The translations under genes and the position numbers were made by a program. A stretch of DNA of 64,000 nt, from assembly GCA_965112155.1 (NCBI GenBank), contig OZ218099.1, one strand, 5' to 3'. The stretch is from Podarcis liolepis (lineage: Eukaryota). Shown piece after piece: positions 23,701 through 36,984 of the stretch; within the stretch, counting starts at the first letter, position 1, and every line of letters begins with the position of its first letter. The notes beneath the pieces are model-generated. The model was given only the letters and a program-made list of their open reading frames with translations. It was not told where the DNA came from and did not search any database.

Positions 23701-26700
23701 TTGAAACAGTGTTCTTGATTTGGATGAATTCCAGAAATGTCCAGTTACAGATCACTTGGACGTTCAAGACACCTGCAACCAACAGTTGCAGATCTGGTTC
23801 TGACCAAAGCAGTTTCCAGAGTTGTCTGGTAACTTTAGTTTAAGAGAAGGACACATCTTCCAAACTTTCAGCATTAATTCATCATTAGTCACAATCTCGT
23901 TGAGAGGTATCAGTTAATAACAATATAACCAGAAGTACACATTTACAAAATATTTATACATACTGTAAATTAGGGGGGGAAATGGAGTTAATTCTCATTA
24001 TTTACACTTTGCTTCAAAACTATGTATGTGGTTCTGGTCAGATTGAATCCGCAAGGCAGAATAAGCATCAGAATCAGAGCATGGATGTTTTGAGCAACCA
24101 AAAACCTGGGTGTTTTGTTATTTAAGCAGCAACAGCCGGGCTGGGCAGCTGCTGAGGCAAGCCTAGGGAGGCAGAGGGAAGAGGAATGGCTGGAGGATAG
24201 GTGAGCAGTCAAGGCTGATGGAAGGAAACTTGCAGCTAATTTGTCCAACGAGAAGGTGTGTGCTGCTATGGCAACAGAAATTACTGTGCTTTGCTTTAAG
24301 CCTTAAAGAGTAATGTAATTTTTCATTTATGGTGTGACCTTAACCCATGTTTACTTAGAGGTTAAGCACCATCATGTGCAATGGGGCATGCTTCTGAGTA
24401 ATATACATAGCAGGTCTCCACTTCCAAATGCCACCAGGAAACAATTTCAAAGAGGCAAGAAGTGTTTCAGGGTTGTATCCAGTTGTACCTCTCCTGACTG
24501 GCAAAAGGCTGCTTTCTCTAGTGGTGGCTTCAATGGTGGAAAGCGAGAGATTGTTTTTTGCAAGTCCCCTCTTACTCCTGCATTGCCCTGCACTACCAAA
24601 GGGCTCTCCAAATCTCTGGATCAGATTTAGGGGACTGCAGAGGGAACGGAGAATCAGCAGCAATTGCATCTTCTCCCTGCTTGTCCTCCTGTTTCTGTAT
24701 GTGTAAACCTTCAGTGGATCAAAGAGACTTCCATCTACAGAGGGACACCACTGGGTACAACCCTCAGCCATTATTGCCTCTCTGCCCATCAGCCAGTAGG
24801 ACACTAGACAGTTGTAAGCTTTGCACAGCTTTCTTTGCTTGAGAGGACCTGAACTCAAAGCATTTAGTTAAAAAACACACCTTTCCACTGTAAAATTTTT
24901 TAGAAGTCTATAGTTGCTAGCCTGTTATAAACTGAAGGTGATTTCCATGCTGTATTGAGTAAATCATATTGACTGGTGAAACTGTGCTGAACAGAAGCTC
25001 AAATAAGATTTTAAAGGAACAATCACATCTCCACTGAGGCACAATGGTTCTTCATTATTTTTCTTTTAATAGTGATCAGTGTAGAATAAAAACTTGGTGC
25101 TTTCCTGTATGGGAAAAGGTAGTGATGTTCTGAACTACCTTGCCGTGTTTGATTTTTTTGCAAGAACTGTACACTAAAGGAAAAAATTGTTTTATCCTAT
25201 GGAATGATGAACCCAAACTTGGATGCCATCTGTTTGGGACTGGAGGCGGGTTGGAACCCAAATCCAAGTTGAAATCCAGGAGCACAACCCAGCTTTCTGC
25301 ACACAATTGACCAAATGTTCAGATGCCAGTCTCTGAACTGTACCACTTTTATCCAGAGCTCAGTCTCAGCCATGGTTAGAATTTGAAACCTCCTTCCAAT
25401 GTATGATTAAAGAATATTGAAAATGGACAAGGAAGCTTGGAAATCATCCAGATTCAAGCTCTACAGTTTCACATTGGTTTGCTTAAATTTAGAGTGGGAG
25501 TCCTAATTGTGCTAAATGCTTGGCAGGAAGAATGTAATTTTAGACCACATGTTGGTTTCCTAGTTCCTTCTGGAAAGGAGCTGTGTATTCCACCTGTCTC
25601 TATCTAAATCTCTAAAAGTATCTGCTGACAGCCTAGTCTGCAATTCAGTTAAGCCAAAGTATTTTGATTTAAGCCAATTCTGCCTCGTCTTCTATGGTAC
25701 TAAATCCATAGAAGTCCCAGTCCTACAGCATGAACAAGTTGTGGATTAGGCTGTTGGTTGCCTGTTAGTACTTTATGGAAGGCTGGAGGGGTGGGCAAAA
25801 ATGATAAGATGTGCATTCCTTTGTCAGGAAATAAAACGTGGTAGCTTATTTTTAAACGATAGCCTTAGGAATTCCACTGACAGCACTAATACTAGCTATG
25901 GAACTAGATCTGAAAATTCCCATGATAAGTTCAGTTTAATTTTTTGGGGGGGAGAGAAGTAAAATGTGCTAAAAGAAAACTAACCCCTTATTTCCTTTTT
26001 TTTTTAAAACACAAAAAGATATTTTCAAGTTCTGCAATCCACTTAACTGATATCTACTTAGTAGCCGGCTGGCTCAAAGATGAACCCAGATACGCAGACA
26101 CGCAGCCTGCTCTTCAAAATGTTCAAGGGAGCTCATTTTCCTATAAATATTCTTAGGATTGCAGCTGGAATATTGTTAAGTTAGGGTTGGGGCCGGAAGG
26201 AGTTTTCTAGCTCAGATGCGTTTGCTGAGCCCTATGCATTGTGGAAGCAAGTTGGCCTAAGGCTGGAAGCCAACCCCTTCCTATGGGCAGCTAGGCAACT
26301 GAGTTGAAAAACTCTCTGGAAGGACAGGGTAACAAATGAGCTGCCAAATGGCTAACCGTCACCTGCAGAAGGGCAATGCTTGTCTGTCTGTGTGTATGTG
26401 AGCGTGTGACTTATTTTAAGGAAGGACAAGGTTAGATGGCAGGAACCAAAGGACAGTCTGAGGCTGTTCATAAATGTCTCTTCCCACCTCCCCTCGAAGC
26501 AGTCAGTGCAGTGCTCTGATACATTCACTGTTGTAATAGAACATTGTTTGTGTTGTTGCTGTATTGTGCTGTAGCGGTTTTCAAAGGAATGCATCTCCAG
26601 GGGCTCTACAGTTATAAAAATAAGACATGACAGCCTCTTTAGTCTACTGAAAACAGTGGTGAGCATTTTGGAATTATTATTTGAATTCACACTTGTGACT

Positions 26701-27031
26701 ACCATCTGTCAGGAGTAGCCACGTGGATTGGAGAGGACACCAGGCTCTCCTCCTTTTAAAAAATAATTTTTGAGAATAATTTTTTAAGAAGGCATTTTAA
26801 ACCTGTTGTCGTTTGTCATTCTTATTGTTCCAGAAAGGAATATTTGTATAGGAATAAGAATTTGGAGTGTACTTCAACCCAGAAAAAAATTAGGTTTTAT
26901 TTGTGTATACCGTAAATGTTTGTATTTTGCAGTTTTATCTGTTTTGCTTTTTAGATAAAGAAAATGTATATTGATATTTTAAAAGTCATTTTTGCTTTTT
27001 TAGATGAGTTTGTAATCATCACAAACAGAAA

Positions 27032-27037
27032 AATAAA
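27032..27037 (+). terminator. Candidate distal SLC6A6 polyadenylation signal AATAAA
   Basis: AATAAA preceded by several TGTA (CFIm-type) motifs and U-rich sequence. Confidence 0.55.
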
Positions 27038-28035
27038 AAAGCCTTTCCTTTATAAAGTGAACAAGCCTTCGTTATTTCTAACTTCTGGTGAGAGTTTACC
27101 AATATTACAGTGCAATGAGCGAAACCTTTCTATTGAGTGCTTCATTGTTGAAATTCATAAAATATAAGCCAGGTACCTATGCAGCCTATTATGTGGCCTG
27201 CTAATATTTCTTCAGAGGAAAATCTCTCTCCCTCTCCAACACAGCAACTTGGGCCTGTGGCCAAACGTCTTCAGTGTTATCAGTCAGTCTCCAAGCCTGC
27301 TCCTCAGCCCACAGGATGGAGAATATTAGCAATACAAATTGCTGTCATCTATTTTTGATCCTGCCCTGGGCAGGGTTTCTGTACCTTTTGAAACTTCGCA
27401 ACACATGTGGAAATTCCTCTGGTGCAACTTACCACTGCACCAGCATGCCAGGAAACACCTTACTAGTTGAATTTCTACTGGGGAGACAAGCATTTAATGA
27501 CACCAGTGTCTCACCAGAATGCTACTTAATCAGAAGAAAATGGGTCACTGCTGCCACCCCTACCCCCACCTCGCATGTTTCAGACCATGCACTCAGGCTT
27601 CAGGAACACCTGGATCTATCTCTATATACTGAAGGTTGGAAAATTGTTTTAATATGCAATTAATTTAAAATAGCACTGCCAGTAAACTAAAATGGTGTCT
27701 AACCCCAGTTCTCAAGATGCAGGCCTCCAAGCAGTTTCTTCTGCTCCTCCCCACAAAAGGCCCCACTGATTTTTTTATGGGTGTGGGAGAAGAAAGTGGG
27801 GAGGAGCAGACATAGCAGTGGGATGGTCAAAGAGGTTCAAACTAGTTTCTGATAGACAGTTGTTTCTTATGTGAAGCTGCTCTGTGCTCAGGAAGTTGCA
27901 TCAAGGAAGTTGTCATGGTACCGCAGGTGCATACTGACCACGCCCCTCTGCTTGCCCACCCTGCCTGTTAGGCCTTTTGCTGCCACCAGGGGAAAGCATT
28001 TAACAAGGCTGCCTTTCACCAGCCGGCTGGATTCA

Positions 28036-28174
28036 GCTGGATAGCTTAGTTGGTCGGACATGAGACCCTTAATTTCAGAGTCGTGGGTTCAATACCCACA
28101 TTGTGTGAAAGATTTCTGCATAGCAGGACTGGGATCGATAACCTTGGCTCTTTCCAACTCTACGCTTCTATGAT
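28036..28174 (+). mobile_element. tRNA-Lys-derived SINE with CR1-like tail
   Basis: Head tagcttagttggtc...catgagacccttaatttcagagtcgtgggttcaatacccacattg; tail ttccaactctacgcttctatga. Confidence 0.75.
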
Positions 28175-30928
28175 CCTGCCTAAAAATCCCATGTTTTCTT
28201 TGAGAACAGCTCAAGGGTAGCATAGAACTAGACACAGGGTGGTATGTTCCAGAACACACAAGTTTCATGAAACATGACTGAAGCATGCACTAAAGGGACA
28301 AAAAACAACAACAAAAAAGCCCACAATGCTTGTTCTTAGGAAAAAAGTTTAAACATAAGAATGGTTACAAGCACATGAAAACATTCCTCCCAGTGGTGAA
28401 AGGGACGGTAAAAAGAAATGCAGCTTTAAAGACAAAGCTGGTTCCTTCTCTACTCCTTCTGTATTTTTGTTGGAAGCCACCCAGAGTGGCTGAGGCAACC
28501 CAGTCAGATGGACAGGATATAAGAAATTTATTATTATCCCTGAAGCTAACAGCTTGCTGTTGCTTGCACCCCCCAGCCCTGAATGTTCCCCCATTGGAAT
28601 TCAGTGGTGTGTGTTTTCCAACAGCAGCCTTTGCTTGTGTGCCACAAGCACCATCCTCCAATGATTATTCCTACCACCTTCCAATTGGATCCCCCAGGCA
28701 ATCCCACAATCTCCAAACAAGCCTACATGCAAGACTTCTATTTATTGATGACAATCCATTTCCTTCATCCAAGAGTGAATACCTCAGTGCAATGCAAAAA
28801 TTTTGTGAGGGAGAAATGAGTTTGTTGCACAAGACTGCCACATCAACTTTAATTGCCCAATCTGACTTTTCTGGTATGTAACTGAATCCCACCCGAAAGT
28901 AGTTCCTGGAGCAAGTCAAAGGGAGAGTGTGATTCTACCCTCATCTTTCTAAATTACTTGAATGCACTACACATCACGTGAATAGATGCAGTCATATATT
29001 GCAGTGATGATGCAAAAACAGAAGAATGAAGCTCCTACTACAGAAGACTTCATGCCAACCTGCTACTTTTAGGGCCCATCAGTTATGAGAAGGGAATTCT
29101 GGATCTTACCCAGGGACCATCTCTGATCAGTGGTAATGCCACAATTTTCCTGTTATCAGACATGGAAAGCAGTTTGAGATGTTCAAGGCAGCAATTGGTC
29201 AACTGTCTAGTGCTAGGCACTCACATTTCTGCATTGAGAAGCTTTTGCACCAAATCCAATCCCTGACCTAATACATACTTGAACATTTGGATGGGGAGAA
29301 TTTAAAGCACATATTGCATATGCAGGGAGCACCTTCAGGGTTTTTTTTAAAAAAAGAAAAAAACACACACTACTGTAGCTATCAGTCTAGAAATCCTGCA
29401 TAGTCCGGATTGGCTATTTTTAATTTTTTTAAAAAATATAAATAAATCCTACAGCAGCAAGGCCAGGGGTTTTTTTTAGTGGGTGATGAAGTGTCAGTTG
29501 AAGCCATGCAATGCATCTCACATCTCTGCTATCTCACATTTTTTCTCCGATCTGGGAAGTCCTTAAGTGACCTTGCCTATACATTTTGCAGCAAAATGCC
29601 TTTGTACTTGTTGTGCAACACACTCTGCTTTTATTGTACCACAAGTCAGTCAATCCTCTGCTTGTAGAGGATTGTAGACAGTGCTTGCGAAAGCCAGCAA
29701 GTCACCTTCCACGAATGCTGAAACCATGTTTGCTGCACGTTAACTGTTGACAAGCATTCTACACAGCTCTCCAGGAGGCCAGTAGGAATCTGCTGCCAAG
29801 TGCCAAACCTCCAAAGGTCTTTGCTCAGTTACAAATACCAGCCTAGAAAGCAGGCCAAAGATCACAGATAAAGAGTTGTTTACTGGAAGTAGAAATCTTC
29901 CCTGTTGAACATTAACCAGAAGAGCGGGAGGGTGTTGAGGTCAGGGAAAAGAGGTGAGAGAGAAAGTGTGTGTCCAACACAGAGGCTTCCCTCCCCCCTT
30001 TATTGCCCCTTTGTGTATGAGTTTACAGCCTCATAGTTACCATACAAATAGTCTCACATATCTAAACATTGATGGAATGCCTCTGTGTTACTAACTTCTT
30101 TAAGGAATGAGTTATACAACGACCAGGAATGGTTCCTTCCCTATTTTAAAAAACCACTACTGTGCTACATGGAAGACTGTTGACCACAACCCAAAGTGTT
30201 TAAAATACCACTGATGGCAATGGAAGATCAACAAAAAATAACTCATTTCTTCCAATGTTATCTCAACTATTATGCTAAATTCTATAACAAAGAGCATTCA
30301 AAATCAGTGTTCAAAGTTGGGTAGCACTGCTGATGCATTGAAAGTATTGTGTTTTGTTTGTTTACATGCATACTATGGAAATCGCATTACTGGGACCCAA
30401 CCAAAGTGTCACAATATTGTGAGCAAGCTTTTGAGCTAATCAGGCTGGATGCTAAACAAAACAAGGTTAAGGATGTTAGCAGAAGCTCAGCTGCCCCAGA
30501 GTCTGCTGTGGGCTTGCACAGATACAACTAGAACAGTATCATGAGATGAAAGATAGATTTCTGAATGTACCCAGGGCTACCAGGACAAAGAAGCAATAAG
30601 GGCTGTTCCCCCACGTTTGCAAATGTAAAATCTGAAGGGTTTGCCAGCTGGTTTGGACCAGCAAATGTATTTTGGATTTTGAGAATGTGTTGTGGGCACC
30701 AGTCACAAAATGGCTGTCACAGGAGCATGGCATAATACAAAATTAGGGAGAGTACAGTCGTTTTTGCTTCCATCCAGCCACAAGCATGAGACAACCCCAG
30801 ACTTACTACGTGAAGTCAGCTATGTCTTAATGGTTCTGATTGGAGGTCTGCTCTTGTTCCCTGGGAGGCAGAAGAAACTGGAGACTGTCAGTGAAGGAGG
30901 TGAGCTGCCCACCTCAGCATGTGCTTAA

Positions 30929-31017
30929 GGCAGCAATCCTGCAAGCACTTACCTGAGAGTAAGTGTTGTCAGACTCAATAAGACATGCCTGCAAGTAAAC
31001 TTGTAGAGGATTGCACA
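30929..31017. mobile_element. ~90-bp palindromic MITE, copy
   Basis: TAA|GGCAGCAATCCT...AGGATTGCAC. Confidence 0.6.
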
Positions 31018-31253
31018 CTAAAACTCACATTCAAAATCAACAAGTATTTAAAAGTGGTTCCTTTGGCTAAAGTTAACCTCAGCTTTTGCTTTTCTCTTCT
31101 GTTGATTCTGAGATGATGCAGAGATTACTTTCTGGTCTCAAGCAGGCAGCCTGGCAGAGATCCAAGCGCAAGCAGAGATAGACCACAGATAAGGCAAAGT
31201 ATCACTTAGATGCCAACTTTTCAAAGAAAACAGGAAACCTGTTTTGTTTTGCT

Positions 31254-31259
31254 TTTATT
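31254..31259 (-). terminator. Candidate GRIP2 polyadenylation signal AATAAA (TTTATT on +)
   Basis: Ends an AU-rich block (31260-31520); U/GU-rich sequence follows on the - strand. Confidence 0.55.
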
Positions 31260-32608
31260 TAATTAAAAAAATCTAAGTAATCGCAATACCATTTAAATAC
31301 ATAGATTTACAAATAGGTCCAAAACAGGACTAAAATATTCTTTGAATATTGTGCTTTCATAGATACATAAGAAAATTAGCGTATAAAAATACTTTACAAG
31401 GAATACACTCTAATATATGGATAAAAATACACATTTAAGTAATGCATTTCATTTTCGTATCATTCAAAATGCATAGGAAGGGATACAACGGACCATTTTT
31501 TTTAAAGCCTTATTAAAAGTCTTCATTAAAAACCTATTTGAAGCCACGCTGAGCTTCCGCCATTTTGGGAATATTGCATATAAAACCCCTTTTTTCTGCT
31601 CAACTGTCAATACCCTCCAGTTTCTTTTATGGCACATTATCTAGGTTATATGGCAGCCATGGTATGGAATATTGCATACTTTGAGAAGAGAAAATGGCTA
31701 CAGCTAGATGCAGCCCCAAAGGGACTCCATGCACATCTTAAGGAAAGCACGGAAACTTTGATGTGGCCCAGAAAATGAATAAGCATATTTTTTATTAAAA
31801 AGAAAGAGAGAGGAAAAGAGAGAAGTAGATGCAATCACAGCTTAATCTAGGCTCAGATCTGAAAACCAGTCGTGGTTTACTGATCTACCGAAGAAGGTTA
31901 CCCATACCAAAACATGGCATCTTAATTTGCATCAGAACGGTACCAAAGAAAACAAAGGGCATACAAAGGAAGAGAGGAGCCAGTTTCCCATTTCCAGGGT
32001 CTTACTCAAGTTCCCTTGTAGGGGGACAGTCAAAAAAACCACCACAATAAAGTGCTATTCCAGAAACCCTAGCACAGGCCATTGGACTGGCCGAAGCGAG
32101 ATTTGCAAGCCCCGGCATTTTTGCCATGTGGAAAGGAAGAGATCATGGCCTTAAGTTGCAAGTCCATCTCACCTGCTGCAGGCAGATCATCCAAAGAATG
32201 TGAATATCACATCCATGATCACTACAACGGAATTCAGTTGTGGAAGGCAGAGGGTCACATAGGCATCGTGCTCAGAAAGCCAGGGAGGAGAAGGTAACTA
32301 CTAAAAACATGGGGCTGCTGCTATGACCGGTTACAACAGGGCGTCAACCCTCATCATCAGTGGGGTTTTTTTAAACAAACAAACGCACGCACTTGCACTA
32401 GGACGACCCACAGGGGGTGCACTGGGAGACACAATACCAATCTCGCAGAGGATGTCTCATGCTTAACAGTGACAAGGAGATACAAGGGTTTCCCCACTCC
32501 CATGGGGGGGGGGGGACAAGGGTCAGGGCAAAGAGGGTTATGTGAGTGACTCACATTCAGCTGCCCACTCACAGACTCATGGTTCAACCAAGAGAAAGAT
32601 TCTTGGTG

Positions 32609-32609
<1 letters not shown>

Positions 32610-32650
<41 letters not shown>
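32610..32650. repeat. (TG)n microsatellite in the GRIP2 3'UTR
   Basis: Seen directly. Confidence 0.97.
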
Positions 32651-32654
<4 letters not shown>

Positions 32655-33541
32655 GGAGGCACACACAAGGTTACTGGTGACCCAAAAAAGCCAGTTTCCT
32701 GCCCTTTGTGTATGGTATCATCAGTGCTGTCTAAGAAAAACACAGTAGATGAAGGAAGAAAGGAAGAAAACAAGCACACATTGTCTCGAAGTCAAATAGT
32801 GGTGGATGTGTTTAGGCTGCCTGAGATGTGGCAAGGGAGAAAAAAAATACATCCCTGAGCCCCGTCTTTTGTGACAAATGGCTCAGGACTTCATAAAACT
32901 TGCGAGGGGAAACTCTGCTCTCGGTTGATCCCAAGCACCACAGTGATCTGGGAGAGTGTGGCTGTGAACTGGGAAAAGGCTCTTCTTGCCGTGGGCTAAG
33001 GAAAAGCTATGGGGTAGTGCAGGGGTGGCCTTTCACAGAAACAAAGCAGTGTGTGTGTGTGTGTGTGTGTGTTAAATATTAAGTTTCACTGTACATGATT
33101 TAACAAAGCAAACAACAAGAAATAGCACCATGTACCCAAGCCCTTCGAAGACAGGGGCAAAGATGATAGTCTGGTGCCCTGTGACCCCGTTCGCTGGAGA
33201 AGCTCATACCATGAGCAAAGGATGTTCTCTCCCAGGTGAGTTGTGCTGGGCACTGCTTCCTGCTTCCAGTGGCAACAGAAGCCCATCCCACCCACCGTGT
33301 TGGCCAAAGCGGGACCATTTCCATTGGTCTGTCTCAGCTTGGGCCTTCAAGGCATAGGCTGACTGGCTTCAAGATGCGACAAAAGGGAAACCCATTTCTT
33401 CATGGCAAGTTACATTACACAGAGTAATCACAATACCAGTGCAAAAGTAAAACCGAAAAAAGTGTTACAGACACCCATCAACCCCTTTGCCCCCACCCCC
33501 ACAGGACCTCAAGAACAGTTGATGCCAAGCCCACCCAGCGT

Positions 33542-33733
33542 TCAGAGCGTCTGTGTGTTTGCCTTGACCTCCACACTAGGAGGCTGCCGGCCTGGCAAAT
33601 CCTCATCGAGCTGGGCTTTGGCAGTGAAGGCCAGGGGATTCCGGCTGATTACCAGGTCCAGTTTGTCTCCTGCTTCAGATATCAAAGGGACAGCTAAGCA
33701 GCAGTCAAAGTCCCGGGTTCGAATGCGGTTTAC
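33542..33733 (-). CDS. GRIP2: GRIP2 last coding exon (PDZ7 second half + C-terminus): [63 protein letters not shown]
   Basis: CAG acceptor, 192 nt including TGA; RTRDFDCCL is the GRIP PDZ7 signature. Confidence 0.95.
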   Translation of the reverse strand, partial: VNRIRTRDFDCCLAVPLISEAGDKLDLVISRNPLAFTAKAQLDEDLPGRQPPSVEVKANTQTL

Positions 33734-33904
33734 CTGAAGGGATGAGAGAAAACTCACAGTGGATTATGGGAAACACACACACACACACACAAAACAAAAC
33801 AGGAAAATGACACAATTTTTTTTTTACTGTGTTGTTGTTTTTAAAAAAGTAACCGCTTGCTGGAAATCACAGGTGGTGAGAGTGCTGTTGCATTTACATC
33901 CAGC

Positions 33905-34020
33905 TTGTAGTCTTCCCTCAGGCATCTATCTGTCTGGTCAGCCACTGTGAGAACAGGGTGCTGGACTAGATGGGACACTGGCTTGATTCAGCAGGCTCAT
34001 ATTGTGTTCTTATATTCTTA
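33905..34020 (+). mobile_element. CR1-type 3' tail fragment
   Basis: gccactgtgagaacagggtgctggactagatggg...ttcttatattctta; boundaries approximate. Confidence 0.6.
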
Positions 34021-34100
34021 AACTTGTGTCAATGTTGAACACTCAATAGATTGTAATTTGGGAGCTGTTCTGCTACATATAAAACATAGGCCAAACCAAC

Positions 34101-34135
34101 CTATGCTATGCTATGCTATGCTATGCTATGCTATG
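34101..34135. repeat. (CTATG)7 pentanucleotide microsatellite
   Basis: Seen directly. Confidence 0.97.
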
Positions 34136-34900
34136 GCAGAAAAATCCAGGAAACCACATTCCTGGAGCCATTCAATTCCTCAGTTATGTGAGAGAATGGA
34201 AAAGACATCCAATCAAACAGTACTCTTTTTGTGGGACAGTTTTTGACAAAAATCTAACCAGAAGCATTAAGTTGGGGATGGTGAGCTGTTGCTGTATCCT
34301 TGTGGGGCTACTCTGTTCTCCAGCCAATGATTTGGGGGCCAGAAATGTATTTTGTAAAACCCAAGTGGTCAGGCGCCATAGCGCCATAATACAGTTGGGT
34401 TTCATCTTGCAGAAAAGGCTCCCCGCTTATGATGAGGTTGTTTAAGGGTGGAGCCTCTCTGATTTCTTTGTCTTAAAAATATTTACCTTTTCCTCATCCC
34501 TGATGGAACTGTGGACAAACCTTTTATCCTAACTCAATTAAAGTTTCATTAGGGCTACCAGGGACAGATAACCCACGGATTGACATTCTTTGCATTTAGC
34601 TGACAGTGTAAGGCGGGGTATTCAATCAGTCAAACTGGCAGGTGGGATTTAAATTAAGTTTACGGTAAGCACAGATGTGGATATTAAGATTTGCTGCACA
34701 CACTCGGAAGCAACAGCATCTGGAGACAATGAAGGGCTACTTTATATTCTAAGCACCAAGTGGTTGAGGCAGGATGACTCCTTTTGTTTCTGTAGCCTCT
34801 GAGACAAACAAGGGATGCTCTCTCCATCCCAGCTCCTCTCAGCCCAGTGCTGCCATGAGGATGAGCATGATATGTCAGCACATGGGAGAGTGCATGGTGC

Positions 34901-34936
<36 letters not shown>

Positions 34937-36837
34937 GCATGGTGTAAGAGAGAACGCATTGTGTGTCTCTGTGTGATCTGCAGATGTGGGTTTTTGTGAG
35001 ATGTTTGTGCGACGAGCGTCTGCAAGTGGGTGCATCTGAAAACGGCACACAACCCCCAGAGGGCTGCCCAACCTTGAACGCAACCCCGAGGCCAAGGAAG
35101 GTTAATCAGCTCTAGGGTAAGTTCTTCCATCCCTCTGCATCTGGATGAAGATTTTATAGGTCAAACAAATCCATCTATATTTTTCTGACCTTTAGAAAGC
35201 TCTTTATGGACCACTGCTGGCTCAACACTTTCCTTTAACTAGGATGCTACAGAGTCAGACCATTGATCTGTTTCACTCAGTTCTGCCTGCACTGACCGGT
35301 AGCTGTGCTCTAGGGTTTCCCAGCCCCACCTGGAGATGCTGGCATTGCACTTGGGCAATGTCCCTTTCGATGCCTGAGGCCAAACGGAAACATGCTGTCA
35401 TGCCCTCCCTTACCTGAGGTGACAACGGCAGTGGTTTCCAGTGAGATCTCGCAAAAATCCAGTGAGATCTTGCTGCAAACCAGCACTGCTTCTCTGCCAC
35501 CAGCTGGGTGGACAGGGTGCCCGCAGAGACAATGCCTGCGGTGGTTGCTTTACCCCTGTACTTGGGACTTCCTGTATGCAAGGCCGATTCTCTTCCCACC
35601 GCCTCAAGCTACAGTCCTGATGACCATCATACAGAAGTGACGACAAGGTCATCTCCTCAGTGGTGTCCCACGCAGAGATACTGAAGTCCTCTTCTCATGG
35701 TTCCTCTTTGGGTCTAGCATGCGTTCAAGGGGAACACTTTGGTGCTTGTGCAGGCTGTGACATTGCCAACATTCTGCAGAAACGTGGCTGGCAGTCTAAT
35801 TACTTTTTTTTTTGTCCCCCCTCTCCGCTCTTCCCCCAATTCCTTCTTTCTGCTGGTCTTTCATTTGAGGCTGAGAAAGAACAACGGTGCAGCAGGCCAG
35901 CTGGCTACGGACCATAAGAAGCACAAATGAGCCTCCCCTTATTGTTGCCAGATTTCCAGTTACTGACCCTACATGTGTTAGAGTTAATTGTGGCACAGCC
36001 AATAAAGTCTTTTTAAAATGCTGAAGGGAACAGCAAAAGAATCCTTCAGGGAATTGCAAGACTTCTAAAATAATGAATGTAACTGCTTGCAGAGCAGGGA
36101 GGGGGGTTGTACCAACTGCCTCCAGCATTTCTGGTCCAAACAGCTGCCTCAGGAGAGGCCGACAAAACAGTTTGGACCTCAAGTTGTCACTTCTTTTCCT
36201 ACCCCCACCAGAAACGCCAGCGAGGTGTGCCAATGCATTAATAAAGAGCCTTCACTGGGGCTCCTGAAGGTCTAAGGTGGCTTTTTCCTGTGGAGTAGCT
36301 ACAAGGAGTTCAGGGAGCCACCACCTGAGGGAAAATATGTGGGTATGAATGGCTTGTGCCACAGAGCTGGAGGACAGGTTAAGGCAGTGGTGGCCAACGC
36401 AGTGCCCTTGGCTGCCAGCGTGCCTGCTAGTACATCCTGTAATGCCCATGAAAGGTCTCTATAAAAGCCCACAATGCATGAGAGATTGTTTGCTCCTCTT
36501 GCTCACAGTTCCTGTTTGCACTGGGCTTGCCCTTTCCTGCACCATCTTATGGCGGCCATTTTGTGACAGGCATCCATGGCACTATGTCAAAATTCCAAAT
36601 GTGCCCCCTGGCCCAAAAAAGGGTGGCATCCCCTTGGTTAAGGAAAACAGAAACCTTTCCATCAGTGAAATTGTGCAGCAGTAGGACAGAAAGAAAAAGA
36701 GGGTGTACCGTTTTAGACAGACTATTCCAACAGCCACTAGTATGAACCCAGGTGGTTTGCCCCAGATGCAAGCTCTTCTTCAAGAAACAGACCCATTTGG
36801 GTTTCTTAAACCTTTTGTTGTTATTTATAGCTATTAC

Positions 36838-36984
36838 CTGAAGTACTCTGTCATAGGGCTTGAGTCCACACTGATCAGCTGGCCCATCTGGGCGGATCAT
36901 ATTCACATAGACGCCTTTTTCCAGCAAGCCATCTGAGACACTGAATCCAAAGTCTTCAGTCTCTGGATCCTTATAAATAGTTAT
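36838..36984 (-). CDS. GRIP2: GRIP2 exon (PDZ7 first half): [49 protein letters not shown]
   Basis: CAG/GTAATA, 147 nt, phase 0/0. Confidence 0.96.

Larger units (their letters stand above)
20340..27055 (+). other. SLC6A6: Probable long SLC6A6 3'UTR (~6.7 kb)
   Basis: Follows the stop codon; poor in young TEs; U/GU-rich terminal block (26500-27030) ending in AATAAA; extent inferred. Confidence 0.55.
31235..33541 (-). other. GRIP2: Probable GRIP2 3'UTR (~2.3 kb)
   Basis: Lies between the stop codon and the candidate poly(A) signal; extent inferred. Confidence 0.5.

Noticed and set aside
27637-27647. TonE/NFAT5-like TGGAAAATTGT near the osmoregulated SLC6A6
   Set aside because: Degenerate motif expected by chance several times in 64 kb; isolated and downstream of the gene
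28330-28881. 183-aa intergenic ORF
   Set aside because: Non-ATG start, no recognisable domain or splice structure; length compatible with chance
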